Source: Myxococcota bacterium
GTDB taxonomy: Bacteria > Myxococcota > XYA12-FULL-58-9 > JALHOP01
Direction of reading: 5' to 3'
DNA: 61,211 nt
Assembly (NCBI GenBank): GCA_041288095.1
Contig: JBGGMJ010000146.1
Span: 1-61,211 of the forward strand
Below the pieces are notes generated by a model. That model saw only the letters and a list, made by a program, of their open reading frames with translations, searched no databases and was not told the origin of the DNA. A program made the position numbers and the translations under genes. This document shows, piece after piece, positions 29,820-41,549 of this stretch. Positions within the stretch are counted from its first letter, which is position 1, and every line of letters starts with the position of its first letter.

Positions 29820-30287
29820 TCAGGACTTACTCCTCGCCAGGAACGACAGGTACTCCTCCAGCTCGTCGAACTCGAGGGCACCCGAACAACTCGGGCACGA
29901 CTTGGCCGGCGGTTGACCGACGTCACGGTACTCTTGCGCGGTCACTTCGATCGTGGGCGTGGCGCCGCAGCGCGCGCAGTAATACGGCGCGAGGCAACTG
30001 AGGATCTCCGCCGAGGCGAAGAGGTCGCTGATGCTCGATGCCTGGAGGCTCGCGGCGTACGAGAGGCGAACGACGCTGACGGTGCGCTTGGAGGATAGCT
30101 CGCGCATGATCGGCAACCACCGGTTGATGCCGACGGAGTTGATGCGGTCGACCGCGGTCATATCGATGATGACCTTGGCGGCGTCGACTTTGGGGAGACT
30201 CGCGAGCTCCGCATTCTCATCGATTGCGCCGTGCAGCGTGAGGGTGGTGACGCCGTCGTTGGTGCTCCGCTCGATCCGCAAACTCAT
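29820..30287 (-). CDS. STAS-domain (anti-anti-sigma-like) protein with C-terminal zinc ribbon
   Basis: GAGG SD and ATG 30287. LTLHGAIDE, IIDMTAVDRINSVGI, then YYCARC...CPSCSGALEFDE. The remainder of the 387-aa ORF is antisense shadow. Confidence 0.85.
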   Translation of the reverse strand: MSLRIERSTNDGVTTLTLHGAIDENAELASLPKVDAAKVIIDMTAVDRINSVGINRWLPIMRELSSKRTVSVVRLSYAASLQASSISDLFASAEILSCLAPYYCARCGATPTIEVTAQEYRDVGQPPAKSCPSCSGALEFDELEEYLSFLARSKS

Positions 30288-30473
30288 GTCGACCTCTGGG
30301 GTTGCAAGGATATTGGCCTGCCTTTGGTCGCGAGTCACGTCGTAGTGATGTTCCGCGCGCGCGGGGGGTGGGGTCGTGCGGGCGATCGCGCCGACTGGAC
30401 ACTGACTAAATCGACGCGATCTAACGCAGCGCGCGTTGACGAGTTCGTACTTCACGGCTACACCGCCGGGCCC

Positions 30474-31598
<1,125 letters not shown>

Positions 31599-31782
31599 AG
31601 AGATGTAAGACTTTTGTGGGCGGCTCGGGCGATCGCGCAACCCCTCGAAAACATAGGCTCACGCCACCTGTTCAGGGAGATGCACGCCCACACTCTCATT
31701 TGAAAGTGTATGTCTCGTGGGATACCCCAATGGGTACCCCTGCCGCCTCAAGTGGCGGCGCAAACAAGACGCCGAGGCGTGC

Positions 31783-33072
31783 GTGCAGAAGTTGTTCGTT
31801 GGGCTCGTGTTGGCGGCGTCGTGTTTTGCGCTCCCCGCTCGGGCTGCCGAAGGCGACCCAGAAGCGGCCGCCACCGAGGAACAGGCCGCTGAGGCTCCAG
31901 CGGAAGGTGCCCTCCTCGACTTCAAGCCCAAGCCCGCGCAAGAGACCGAGACGCCCTCGCAGCCGGCTCCCGACGGCACCATTCAGCAAAGCGACACCGC
32001 GACCGACACCAGCGCGCAGTCGACCACCAATACGCGCAAGAGCCTCTCCGACGCCGCGACCTCGACGCTGACGAAAAACGTCTTGTTGCAGCGCGAGCAA
32101 GCGGTGCGCACCAAGCGCTTCGGTCTGCTCGCCGCCATCTCGACCTTCGCCGGCTCCGGCACCTTCCTCGACAACAGCGAGCTGCGTCACCAGAACGACT
32201 ACGTCGCGCAGATCTTCGACATCCGCCCGACCATCGGCTTCAACGCGGGCTCACACCGCTTGCGTCTCTCGGGCCGCGTCGCGTTCGAGACCGAATACAC
32301 CCAGCCCAACACCAACCCGTCGCGCCGCTGGAAGCCGTACGACACCAGCGTCACGCTCGCCGACGACACGCTCTGGAAGGAGCCGGTCACCGGCATCCTC
32401 TTCAACGCGGCGTTCCGCATGGTGTTCCCGACGTCGTACGAGAGCATCAACGTGCGCCAGCAGTGGCTCGCGACCGGTCTCGTGCTCGGGGCTCGCCGTC
32501 TCGTCGGGGACTTCCAGCTCTCGTTCAACAGCAGCGTCACCAAGTACTTCAACGGCTCGAAGACCGCGGTGCGCCCCGTCGACAACCCGCGGCCTGGTGA
32601 CCAGGACGACGGCCGCGACACCAACGACTTCGCCCGCCCGCGCCTCGCGGACTCGTCCGACCTCAACTTCGGTACCACCAACAACTCGTGGCTCTTCGCG
32701 AACACTCTGGGTGTCACGTGGCTCGCGAGCGATCGCCTGGCCGTCAGCTACTCCCTCGGCATCTTGTCGTTCATCCGCTATTCCGTACAAGGCGACCGCG
32801 ACGCATTCACCAGTCCGTTCGCCGACTCGGGCAACCCGACCGCCCAGCGCTTCCAGAGCGGTCTCGAGGTCTCGTACGACCTTTCGCACTACACCAAGGA
32901 ACAGTGGAACCTGCCGTTCAGCCTGACGGTCGCGCTCGGTGTGAACGCCATCCACCCCGTGCAAGACGTCGACAACGACGGGTGGATCGCGCCGGTCATC
33001 TTCAACTCGTTCACCAACCGCGCGGCCAATAACTACGGCGCCTTCTATCTCGACCTCGTGGCTATCTATTGA
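31783..33072 (+). CDS. Secreted, probable outer-membrane beta-barrel protein
   Basis: GAGG SD and GTG 31783, signal peptide (...ALPARA), acidic/Thr linker, amphipathic strands, terminal FYLDLVAIY. Confidence 0.65.
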   Translation: MQKLFVGLVLAASCFALPARAAEGDPEAAATEEQAAEAPAEGALLDFKPKPAQETETPSQPAPDGTIQQSDTATDTSAQSTTNTRKSLSDAATSTLTKNVLLQREQAVRTKRFGLLAAISTFAGSGTFLDNSELRHQNDYVAQIFDIRPTIGFNAGSHRLRLSGRVAFETEYTQPNTNPSRRWKPYDTSVTLADDTLWKEPVTGILFNAAFRMVFPTSYESINVRQQWLATGLVLGARRLVGDFQLSFNSSVTKYFNGSKTAVRPVDNPRPGDQDDGRDTNDFARPRLADSSDLNFGTTNNSWLFANTLGVTWLASDRLAVSYSLGILSFIRYSVQGDRDAFTSPFADSGNPTAQRFQSGLEVSYDLSHYTKEQWNLPFSLTVALGVNAIHPVQDVDNDGWIAPVIFNSFTNRAANNYGAFYLDLVAIY

Positions 33073-33080
33073 GGACTGAC

Positions 33081-36000
33081 ATGCCAGCTACACGTTACAT
33101 CGCCCATCTCGTCCTGACCGTCATAGCGGTCAGCACGCTCGCCGCATGCGCCGGCGACAAGGGCGAAGTCAACTTCGTCCAACCCGGCTACGTCCGGAAG
33201 TCGGAGCTTCTCGGCAAGAGCTGGTACTACCGGCGCACCGTCGTCGACACGCCCGAGGGTGATCAGGACATCGGCTACGCGACCGTCGGCTCTGGGGACA
33301 TCTTCACCATGGAGCGCGTGAAGTTCGTCGTTCAAGAGAACTTCCTCATCGCTTATCGCGACTACGAGTACGTCCCGGGCAGCGAAGGCGTGGCTCCCGA
33401 GGACGAGCAGTACCTGGGTGGACCGGTGGTCGCGTTCCCGATCACCAGTCACTTCGACATCGTGCGCCGCTACAACCCGGCGACCGGCGAGAAGACCAAC
33501 GTCACCGAAGAGAACGTCACCGACCGCGAGTGGTTCGACCGGGAGTACATGCGCGTCGACTGGGCGCGCACCGAGCTGTCATCCGAGGACTACTACATCA
33601 TCGCCGTCGACTACCTCGACAACGATGGCCGCGATGGCGGAGAGCTCTACTACCACGAGAACGACGCCACCAATCCGTGGCGCGCGCGCATCAAGCCCAC
33701 GACGGGCTACTTCGACTTCGTCGTCATGCACCGCCTCATGCCGCACTACTACGCTTGCTACTACGCGTTCGACGGTATCGGTTGCGGCTCGGGTGAAGTG
33801 CGCGTCCGCCATGCTTTCATGGAGATCGATCCGCAGCTCAACGCCGGCTACGAGTCGCTCTACTATCCCGACAGCTTGCCGGTCGTGGACGCGGGCGGAA
33901 ACGAGGTGCCCGACCCGGTCACGGGCGAAGTGCAGCGCGAGAACATCTTCGACCGCTTCGGCTATTACCGGCTCGAACGCCTGACCTACAATGACGAGCG
34001 TGGCCTCACCGAGAGCGGGCGACTTTACCGCATCATGCGCTTCGACATCTGGGAGCGCAGCATCGACGAGAACGGCGCGCTCATTCCCTACGCCGACCGC
34101 ACGCTGCGGCCCATCGTCTACTATCTCAACTATGACTTCCCCGAGGATCTGAAGACCACCGCGTTCGAAGTCGCCGCCGAGTGGAACGACGCCTTCCGCG
34201 AGACCGTCGCTGCCTTGCAGGGCCGCGCCGTGGCCGACGTCGGCACTGTCTTCGAGCTGCGCGAGAACGATTGCTCGCAGGCGAGCGTGAGCGCCTATCT
34301 CGACGCTCACGACGACGTCGCCGACAGGGTCCGCGCAGGCGTCAACGCCGAGCTCGACGCCGCCACGCTCGACAACTACTGCGCCGCCGCCGAGTACCAC
34401 TCCGACGGCGACTTCCATTGGCAGCAGAACGGCGACCCTCGCTACAACATGCTCGTCTGGATCAACGAGATCCTGCAGACCGGATGGTCGGGCTACGGCC
34501 CGATGCTCGCCGACCCCGTGAGCGGCCGCATCATGCTGTCGACGTCGTACATCTCGGGTTGGACCATCGAAAACGCCGCGACGCGCGCCCTGCAATACAT
34601 CGACTACATGAACGACGAGCTGTCGCTCAACGAGCTGCTCATGGGCGCCGACGTCCCGTCGCTCATCAATCAAACGACCACGACGTACGACGCGCGCGAA
34701 CGCACCGTGTCCGTCGCCAACGCCCAGGCCCGCGCCATCGAGCATCGCGCTACGAGCGAGCACGTCGCCAGCCTCGAAGGCCGCTTCTCGATGGCCGAGT
34801 CGGCGAAGCCGTTGCTCACGCCGCTCGACAACCCGTCGTATTACGAAGAGCGCTTGGCCCGCGTTCAGGACACCGACATCGAAAAGAACTGGCTGACCCG
34901 AGTCGAGGATCTGATGGTGGCGGGGCAGGGCACCTGGAAGCCCGGTGACGTCGCGAGCGATCAGCTCTACAACGACGCCTCGGTGATCACGCGGACCCGT
35001 GATGGCATCGAGCGCACGCGCTACCAGGAGCAGCTCTTCTCCGAGCACATGCACTGCAATCTCGACGCCGCGCTCGACGACGGCCTCGTTGGCCTCGCGC
35101 GCGAGCTCCGTGATCTCCCACGCAACGAGCGCCGCGCCCGCATTCGCGAACGCATCTTCAGGGCCGTGGCGCTGCACGAGATTGGCCACAACATCGGTCT
35201 GCGCCACAATTTCGAGGGCTCGTACGACGCGCTCAATTACAATCGCGCGTTCTGGGATCTCGAGACCACGATAGCGGACGAGCAGCAGAAGCTCGAAGCC
35301 AAGCAGCCCGAGTACAAGTACAGCTCGATCATGGACTACCACGGCAAGGTCAACGCCGACTTCGCCGGGCTTGGTCTCTACGACAAGGCGGCGGTGAAGT
35401 TCGGTTACGGCCAGCTCGTCGAGACCTTCAACGGCGCGGCCGCCCCCGGTGGCCCAGCCTTGAAGACCTTCCGCGAGGCCAACGACTACCGCGACCTGCC
35501 GGCGCACTTGGGCTCCGTGAGCGCCATGTACGACCGCGGTACGCGTAGCTGGGATTGGCGTGACCCCGCCCAACGTACGCCGTCCGCTTTGGCGTCACTG
35601 CGCCAAGTCGAGGTGCCCTACGCCTTCTGCTCCGACGAGTTCGCCGGCTGGATGCCGACGTGCCGGCGTTTCGACTTCGGCGCCTCGGCGGGCGAGCAGG
35701 TCGAGGCCTCGTACATTCGCTACAAGGGTTACTTCCTGTTCAACAACTACCTGCGTAACCGGTTGTTCTTGAACACGCGCGCCATCATCAACCGCGGCTA
35801 CCAGATCTACTACGACGTGCTGAACACGTATCAGTACATGGTCCTCTATCGCAGTCGGGACCCGAACTTCTTCAACACTGATCGCGGCGTCGATATGGCC
35901 TCGGCCACGGCGCGCGGCTTGAATGCTATCGCGGAGCTGATCGCGACTCCCGAGCCGGCTACTTACTATCCGTGCACGCCCACCGTCGGGCCGACGATGT

Positions 36001-36962
36001 ATTACCCGCCGGGCTTCATCATCTACGATCCGATCATCGACGTGAACAACGGCCGCGGTCCCAATGGCGAGACCTGCGCCATGACCTCGCCCTCGGCGCT
36101 GGGGCTCGGCGACAGCCAGCCGCTCTTCCTCGGGTTCACCGAAGACTACGTCGACTGGACTTTCTCCTTCCTGGGCACCTACTGGGACAAAGAGAACGCC
36201 ATCTTCCTCCTGACCCAGCCGAACGTGCGCTATGTCCGCGTCAACGGAGCGGAGGACTTCCGCAACTACTCGGTGAGCCTATTCCGCGTCTATCGGCCGG
36301 AGGTGCTGGGGCTGCTCGAGGGGCTCATCCGCTACAGCTACGGCCAGATCGCGAGCCGCATCACCGACAACGCGGGTGTCGCGACCTTGTCGCCGCTCGC
36401 CATCGTCGACCCGACGCGTCCTCTCGACGACGTCGGCTACCCGGGCGGCGGCCCAGGCTCTCCACCGGGTCAGAGCGTTCTGCCGTCGGTGGCGCGCAAC
36501 CTCCAGCGCGAGGCCATGCTCTTCGGTCTCGCGCGGCTGTCCTCGCCGCTCGACCAAGAGCTCGACTTCGGCAAGTACTCGCGCGTCTGGGTCCGCGGAG
36601 CCGTCGACGACCTCTTCACCGAGACGCAGTGGACCGCGTTCCCCGCGGGGGATCGCGCCGAGTGCCAACCCGAGAGCAGCGCCGTGACCTATCGCGCGCT
36701 ACGCGCTTCGGAGGGCGTCGGGGCAGGCACGCACGACATTGGCTGGCAGCTCGTCAGCGACTGCGCGGCTCGCAAGACGCTGCTCGCGGACGCACAGCAG
36801 GACCTCGACGACGCCATCAACGACCCGACCCCCGACCCGCGCGTCATCGACGACGCGCAGCGGCAGGTCGAAATCGCCGAGATCAACCTCGGCGCGTCCG
36901 CGCAGATGCTGCAGTACGTGCGGCTCGTGCATTCGCTCTACGAGCACGGAGTGGAGCTATGA
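33081..36962 (+). CDS. Large zinc-dependent metalloprotease lipoprotein (metzincin-type), 1293 aa
   Basis: GAGGA SD, lipobox LAAC, HEIGHNIGLRHNF zinc motif, Met-turn SSIMDY. Confidence 0.9.
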   Translation: MPATRYIAHLVLTVIAVSTLAACAGDKGEVNFVQPGYVRKSELLGKSWYYRRTVVDTPEGDQDIGYATVGSGDIFTMERVKFVVQENFLIAYRDYEYVPGSEGVAPEDEQYLGGPVVAFPITSHFDIVRRYNPATGEKTNVTEENVTDREWFDREYMRVDWARTELSSEDYYIIAVDYLDNDGRDGGELYYHENDATNPWRARIKPTTGYFDFVVMHRLMPHYYACYYAFDGIGCGSGEVRVRHAFMEIDPQLNAGYESLYYPDSLPVVDAGGNEVPDPVTGEVQRENIFDRFGYYRLERLTYNDERGLTESGRLYRIMRFDIWERSIDENGALIPYADRTLRPIVYYLNYDFPEDLKTTAFEVAAEWNDAFRETVAALQGRAVADVGTVFELRENDCSQASVSAYLDAHDDVADRVRAGVNAELDAATLDNYCAAAEYHSDGDFHWQQNGDPRYNMLVWINEILQTGWSGYGPMLADPVSGRIMLSTSYISGWTIENAATRALQYIDYMNDELSLNELLMGADVPSLINQTTTTYDARERTVSVANAQARAIEHRATSEHVASLEGRFSMAESAKPLLTPLDNPSYYEERLARVQDTDIEKNWLTRVEDLMVAGQGTWKPGDVASDQLYNDASVITRTRDGIERTRYQEQLFSEHMHCNLDAALDDGLVGLARELRDLPRNERRARIRERIFRAVALHEIGHNIGLRHNFEGSYDALNYNRAFWDLETTIADEQQKLEAKQPEYKYSSIMDYHGKVNADFAGLGLYDKAAVKFGYGQLVETFNGAAAPGGPALKTFREANDYRDLPAHLGSVSAMYDRGTRSWDWRDPAQRTPSALASLRQVEVPYAFCSDEFAGWMPTCRRFDFGASAGEQVEASYIRYKGYFLFNNYLRNRLFLNTRAIINRGYQIYYDVLNTYQYMVLYRSRDPNFFNTDRGVDMASATARGLNAIAELIATPEPATYYPCTPTVGPTMYYPPGFIIYDPIIDVNNGRGPNGETCAMTSPSALGLGDSQPLFLGFTEDYVDWTFSFLGTYWDKENAIFLLTQPNVRYVRVNGAEDFRNYSVSLFRVYRPEVLGLLEGLIRYSYGQIASRITDNAGVATLSPLAIVDPTRPLDDVGYPGGGPGSPPGQSVLPSVARNLQREAMLFGLARLSSPLDQELDFGKYSRVWVRGAVDDLFTETQWTAFPAGDRAECQPESSAVTYRALRASEGVGAGTHDIGWQLVSDCAARKTLLADAQQDLDDAINDPTPDPRVIDDAQRQVEIAEINLGASAQMLQYVRLVHSLYEHGVEL

Positions 36963-36970
36963 GGGGCGCC

Positions 36971-39900
36971 ATGAAACACTTGCGCAACGCACTGGCGCTA
37001 ACCTTGTTGGCGTCCGCTATCGCGGCCTGCGACGGCAACGTCAAGGACATCGACCGTACGCAAGCCAACAAGGTCGACAAGGCGCTCTTCGACGGCGATT
37101 GGTACTACGTGCCGACGGTCGTCGAGGCCCAGTACAACCAGGGCATCCTCTTCCAGGGCGTGCAGGGCGACGGCGAAAAAGTTCGCTGGGAGATTCAAGA
37201 AAACCAGCTCATCGCTTACCGCACTTACGCGTATCTCGAGAACCAAGAGCAATCGAACAACGGCGCCGGCAACGCCTTCAAGGGCTCGCCGGTGGCGGCG
37301 TTCCGCATCACCAGTCACTTCGACGTGCGCCGCGAGTACAACCCGGCGACCGGGGATCAGAACAACGTCATCGTCGAGAACACGACGGACCGGCCTTGGT
37401 TCGAGCGTCAGTTCATGCGCGTCGACTGGTCGGTGAACCTGGTCAAAGACGGCTGGCAGGGCATCGACTACGCGGTTTGGCTCTACCCGTCGACGCCGTA
37501 CTACACGCAAGAGCACGAAATCGATAATCCGAACCGCGCCGAGATCACGCGAGACGCCATCAACGTCGTCGGCAACTACAGCATGTGGACCGACGCCCGC
37601 GTCTGCGCCGCCTTGCAGGACTACTTCTGCGGCAAGGCCGAGGTGAAGGTGAAGCTCTCGTTCATGCGCGCGCAGCGCCGTGACTACGAGCCGCTCTACT
37701 ATCCCGACGAAGCCGTCGTCTACGACGCGAACGGCATCGCCATCAGCGATTGCGACGGCGACAACGACGGCCAAGTGGACGGCGCTTGCCAGCGCATCGG
37801 TGTGCCGATGTTCGAGCGCTTCGGCTTCTTCCGCACCGAGCGCCTTGCATACGACCACGAATACCAGTGGACGCGCGACGGCCGCATCTACCTCGCGAAC
37901 CGCTGGAACATCTGGGAGCAGAACTACGACGCGCAGGGTGGGCTCATCCCCATCGAGCTGCGCAAGCCGCGTCAGCTCACCTACTACACCAACGTCGACT
38001 TCCCCGATGACCAGGAGATCTGGGACGCGACCCACCACTTGTTCGGCGAGTGGGACCTCTCGATGCGCAAGTCGGTCGCGGTGCTCAAGAACATGCAGGG
38101 CCAGAACCTGAACATTCAACCGTCGCAAGTGTCGACGATGTTCGCGGTCGCCCAGAATAGCTGCAACGTCGACAACACGACCACGTTCGCGCAGCAACAC
38201 GGCCTGGTCGATACGCTCGCTACCTGGGGCATCGCGACCATCACCCGCGCCAACCTGAAGCGCGCTTGCGCCGTGCTCGAGGCCGCTACCGCGGACAGAC
38301 AAGGCGCCGACCGTTTCGTGTGGCAGAAGCCGGGCGACCTGCGCTGGAGCTCGCTGTCGTGGCACGACACGCCCAACAGCTACGGCGGCATCTTGGGCTA
38401 TGGTCCGTCGGTCGCCGACCCGGAGACCGGCGAGATCATCGCCGCGAACGCCAACGTCTACGGCGCCTACCTCTCGCTCTATGCCGCTTCGGCGGCGGAC
38501 GCTGTCGCCTTGATGAACGGCGACCTCTCGGTGGGGTCGGTGAGCTCCGGTGAGTTCGCGCGCTCGCGGGTTCAGGCGAACCGCGGCTTCGGCGCGCAGG
38601 CGAACGTCTCGGGCGCCCACTCACCAGCGAAGCTCCAATCGCTGCGAGGCCGTACCTCGAATTTCGAGACCATGCTGCGCCAGGGGCCAACGCCCGCGTC
38701 GCGCGACGACCTCTCTACGGCGCGTGGCTCGCTGACCGGCCTCGGCCACCCGCAAGCCAAGCAGTACGCCACGCAGCGCGCCAACGCCCGTCTGAACAAG
38801 CTCGCGGGCACGCCGCTCGATCGTGAGCTCCTCGCGAACGACGAGATCGCGCGAGGGTTGCTCGGCGACGAGAGCTCGCTGCCGGCGCTGTCCGGTGCGA
38901 TGACCCGCGACACGATGATCAGCTCGACCGGCGCGGTCTTGGGAGCGATCGAGGAGACCGAAGCCGAGACCTCGCCGCTGGCGGCGCTGCGCGACCTCTC
39001 GATGGACTCGCAGGAAGCGCACATGAAGCTCGCCCGTGGCGGCTGCGCCATGGAGGCCGCCTTCGCGGACGAGGGGCTCTTGCATATCGCCGAAGAGCTG
39101 CGCGGCTTGCCGTACGAAGAGGTTTACAAGCGGTCGCGCGCCATGATCTTCGAGGCCATCGCGCTCCACGAGATCGGCCATACCCTTGGCCTGCGCCACA
39201 ACTTCGAGGGTTCGTTCGACGCGCTGAATTACCACGACGAGTTCTGGCAGAACTACGACCCGGTCACCGAGACGGTGCGACGCACGGACGGCGCCGGCCG
39301 CAGCACCAAGGCCGACCGCTACCAATATTCGTCCATCATGGACTACTCGGCCCGCGCCTTCGATGATGTCGCCGGTATCGGCCCGTACGATGAGGCCGCT
39401 ATCGCGTTCGGCTACGCCGGCCTCGTGCAGCTCTGGAACCCGGGTATCTCGCCGTTCGACCAGGGCGACCTGCTCTACCTCTACGACTACACGCAGATCC
39501 CGAAGATCCTGGGAGGCGGCTTGTCGTGCACCACCACCATCAACTGTCAGCCGGCGTTGCTGACCGCCATCGAGCACTTCTCGGCGTATATCGACGCGCA
39601 GGACCCGGCGACGCGGCAACGCGAGTATGAGCTCTACAATCGCGGACTGCTCTCGTATCTGAAACAGGCGCTCGACGATCAAACGCCACGTGTGCAGAAC
39701 ATCAGGGCGCGGCGCTACATCAAGTTCGACACGCTGTACTCGGCGACGACCAATTACTATCAAGACCGCGACTTCGAGCTCTTGGACTACGACGAGGTGC
39801 CGTACAAGTTCTGCCCGGACGACTACGTCTTCGACTCGAACGTCACCTGCCAGCCTTACGACAAGGGCGCGAACTACCGCGAGCTCGTGTCCGACCGCTG

Positions 39901-41080
39901 GGAGCGGTACTCGCAATACTACGTCTTCCAGGCGTTCAAGCGTGACCGCGCGAACTTCGCGTTCCGCTACAGCAACCTGCGGCGATACGCGGCGCAGCTC
40001 ATCCGCGCGTACTTCGGCCCCATGTCGTCAGTGTACCGCTACTACCTCTACGGCAACGACGGTCTCGGCTACGACCTCGATGGCCAGTGGGTCACGCTCA
40101 ACGACTTCCCGCTCGGCAACGACTGGCAGGCGGCGAGCATCGACGGTCTCAACGACTTGGTCTCGGTGCTCATGATGCCGGAGCCGGGTGATTACTGCTT
40201 GGACACGGTCGCGAACCTCTATGAGCCACTCGCGGCCGGCGGCACCTGCTCGTCGGGCACCACCATGGCGGTCGATCCTGGCGTCGGTCGTTACCTGAAC
40301 ACGACGTGGACGCAGGAATACGACTACGAGCCGACGCGCATCGGCGCCTTCTGGGACAAGTACGCGGCTATCTCCGCGATCACGAGCAACGAAGGCTTCT
40401 TCTACCGCAACTTCAACGACTACTTGGACTCGGGTGCGTTTTCGCTGTCGTACTGGCGCGGCTTGCACCCCGAGCTCATCCAGTTGTTCACGAGCGCCTT
40501 CAAGCAGGACTTCACGGGTGTGGCGTGGCGTTACGACGCGAGCGCTCCCGAGGCCAGCCGCTTCCAGCCGATTCCGCTGGTCGATGCCTATCAGACGCCG
40601 CCGACGCCGGGCCTCCCGGGGATTCAACCGTCGACGAGCTGGACGCTCCGCTATTACAGCGTCGTGTTGCCGATGGCGCGCTACGACTCGATGTTCGACT
40701 ACACCGAGGACTTCTTGAACTACAGCCGCGTTTGCCTCGAGGGCTACGAGGACTGTCTCACCTTCGGTGTGGCGACGGAGACGTACGAAGATCCGCTGAC
40801 GCACTACCGCTACATCGCGCCGATCACGGTGACGCAGCCGGCGCCGGGCGAGAACCCGCCGCAGAACCTCGGCGCTTTGGCGGTGCAGGACGCGCAGACC
40901 TACGTCGACGATGTGTACACGCCGGCGAAGACACTCTACGACACCGAATTCGGTAACGACCCCGCGTCACCGGCGACCGCCGCGGCGGAGCTCGAGCTGC
41001 GCCGCGCCGAGCGTGGCGTGAACGAGCGCTCGAGCTTCCTCGACATCGTACGGCAGCTGAGTGATGTCTTCGAGAGGTGA
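36971..41080 (+). CDS. Large zinc-dependent metalloprotease lipoprotein, paralog, 1369 aa
   Basis: Start re-called at ATG 36971, lipobox IAAC, HEIGHTLGLRHNF, SSIMDY. Shares ITSHFD..R.YNPATG and MRVDW with the upstream paralog. Confidence 0.9.
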   Translation: MKHLRNALALTLLASAIAACDGNVKDIDRTQANKVDKALFDGDWYYVPTVVEAQYNQGILFQGVQGDGEKVRWEIQENQLIAYRTYAYLENQEQSNNGAGNAFKGSPVAAFRITSHFDVRREYNPATGDQNNVIVENTTDRPWFERQFMRVDWSVNLVKDGWQGIDYAVWLYPSTPYYTQEHEIDNPNRAEITRDAINVVGNYSMWTDARVCAALQDYFCGKAEVKVKLSFMRAQRRDYEPLYYPDEAVVYDANGIAISDCDGDNDGQVDGACQRIGVPMFERFGFFRTERLAYDHEYQWTRDGRIYLANRWNIWEQNYDAQGGLIPIELRKPRQLTYYTNVDFPDDQEIWDATHHLFGEWDLSMRKSVAVLKNMQGQNLNIQPSQVSTMFAVAQNSCNVDNTTTFAQQHGLVDTLATWGIATITRANLKRACAVLEAATADRQGADRFVWQKPGDLRWSSLSWHDTPNSYGGILGYGPSVADPETGEIIAANANVYGAYLSLYAASAADAVALMNGDLSVGSVSSGEFARSRVQANRGFGAQANVSGAHSPAKLQSLRGRTSNFETMLRQGPTPASRDDLSTARGSLTGLGHPQAKQYATQRANARLNKLAGTPLDRELLANDEIARGLLGDESSLPALSGAMTRDTMISSTGAVLGAIEETEAETSPLAALRDLSMDSQEAHMKLARGGCAMEAAFADEGLLHIAEELRGLPYEEVYKRSRAMIFEAIALHEIGHTLGLRHNFEGSFDALNYHDEFWQNYDPVTETVRRTDGAGRSTKADRYQYSSIMDYSARAFDDVAGIGPYDEAAIAFGYAGLVQLWNPGISPFDQGDLLYLYDYTQIPKILGGGLSCTTTINCQPALLTAIEHFSAYIDAQDPATRQREYELYNRGLLSYLKQALDDQTPRVQNIRARRYIKFDTLYSATTNYYQDRDFELLDYDEVPYKFCPDDYVFDSNVTCQPYDKGANYRELVSDRWERYSQYYVFQAFKRDRANFAFRYSNLRRYAAQLIRAYFGPMSSVYRYYLYGNDGLGYDLDGQWVTLNDFPLGNDWQAASIDGLNDLVSVLMMPEPGDYCLDTVANLYEPLAAGGTCSSGTTMAVDPGVGRYLNTTWTQEYDYEPTRIGAFWDKYAAISAITSNEGFFYRNFNDYLDSGAFSLSYWRGLHPELIQLFTSAFKQDFTGVAWRYDASAPEASRFQPIPLVDAYQTPPTPGLPGIQPSTSWTLRYYSVVLPMARYDSMFDYTEDFLNYSRVCLEGYEDCLTFGVATETYEDPLTHYRYIAPITVTQPAPGENPPQNLGALAVQDAQTYVDDVYTPAKTLYDTEFGNDPASPATAAAELELRRAERGVNERSSFLDIVRQLSDVFER

Positions 41081-41549
41081 CCAACTGAAACGGTGGCTTG
41101 CGGCGCTCGTCGAGCGCTTCCGCCACCTGTCCATCTATGGACAGATCAAGGTCGTCGTCGTCGGCATCTACATCTTTTTGTGCATGGCGACGGTGGTCGT
41201 GGCCGCTCCCGCGGACGACAAGACGAATCAAATCGAAGCGCGCATCATGGTGCTCGAAGGCGACATGGTGGTTGGCCGCTACTTCGTCGTGCAGAACGAG
41301 GGCAGGGCGCACTGGTACGACGTGGTCTTCGAGATCGACGGCGGCTTCAGCGTCAAGCGTGAGCTCGTGCACGCGGGTGAAAAGGTGACCCTGTTCTTGA
41401 AGGACTTTCAACGTGAGGACACCGTCGAACGTCTCGGTAAGCCCGTCACCAAACGTCAGTCCGCGCCGGTGGACATGCAGGTCAGCGCCATCACGGTGCG
41501 CACGCGTGACGGCAAGTCGCGAGAAGTCGTGAGCCGCGGCACGAAATGA
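41064..41549 (+). CDS. Hypothetical single-TM membrane protein
   Basis: One hydrophobic segment followed by a beta-rich domain; overlaps both neighbours in the operon. Confidence 0.65.
   Translation: MSSRGDQLKRWLAALVERFRHLSIYGQIKVVVVGIYIFLCMATVVVAAPADDKTNQIEARIMVLEGDMVVGRYFVVQNEGRAHWYDVVFEIDGGFSVKRELVHAGEKVTLFLKDFQREDTVERLGKPVTKRQSAPVDMQVSAITVRTRDGKSREVVSRGTK

Noticed and set aside
35972..36970. 333-aa N-terminal extension making a 1702-aa protease ORF
   Set aside because: Arg/Pro-rich off-frame read of the upstream protease. The lipoprotein signal begins at ATG 36971 with an SD-like GAGGGG.
33579..39916. Long antisense ORFs (664, 540 and 431 aa) and similar ones elsewhere (e.g. 11263..12945, 20238..21686)
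   Set aside because: Codon-register shadows of real genes caused by high GC3; no recognisable motifs.
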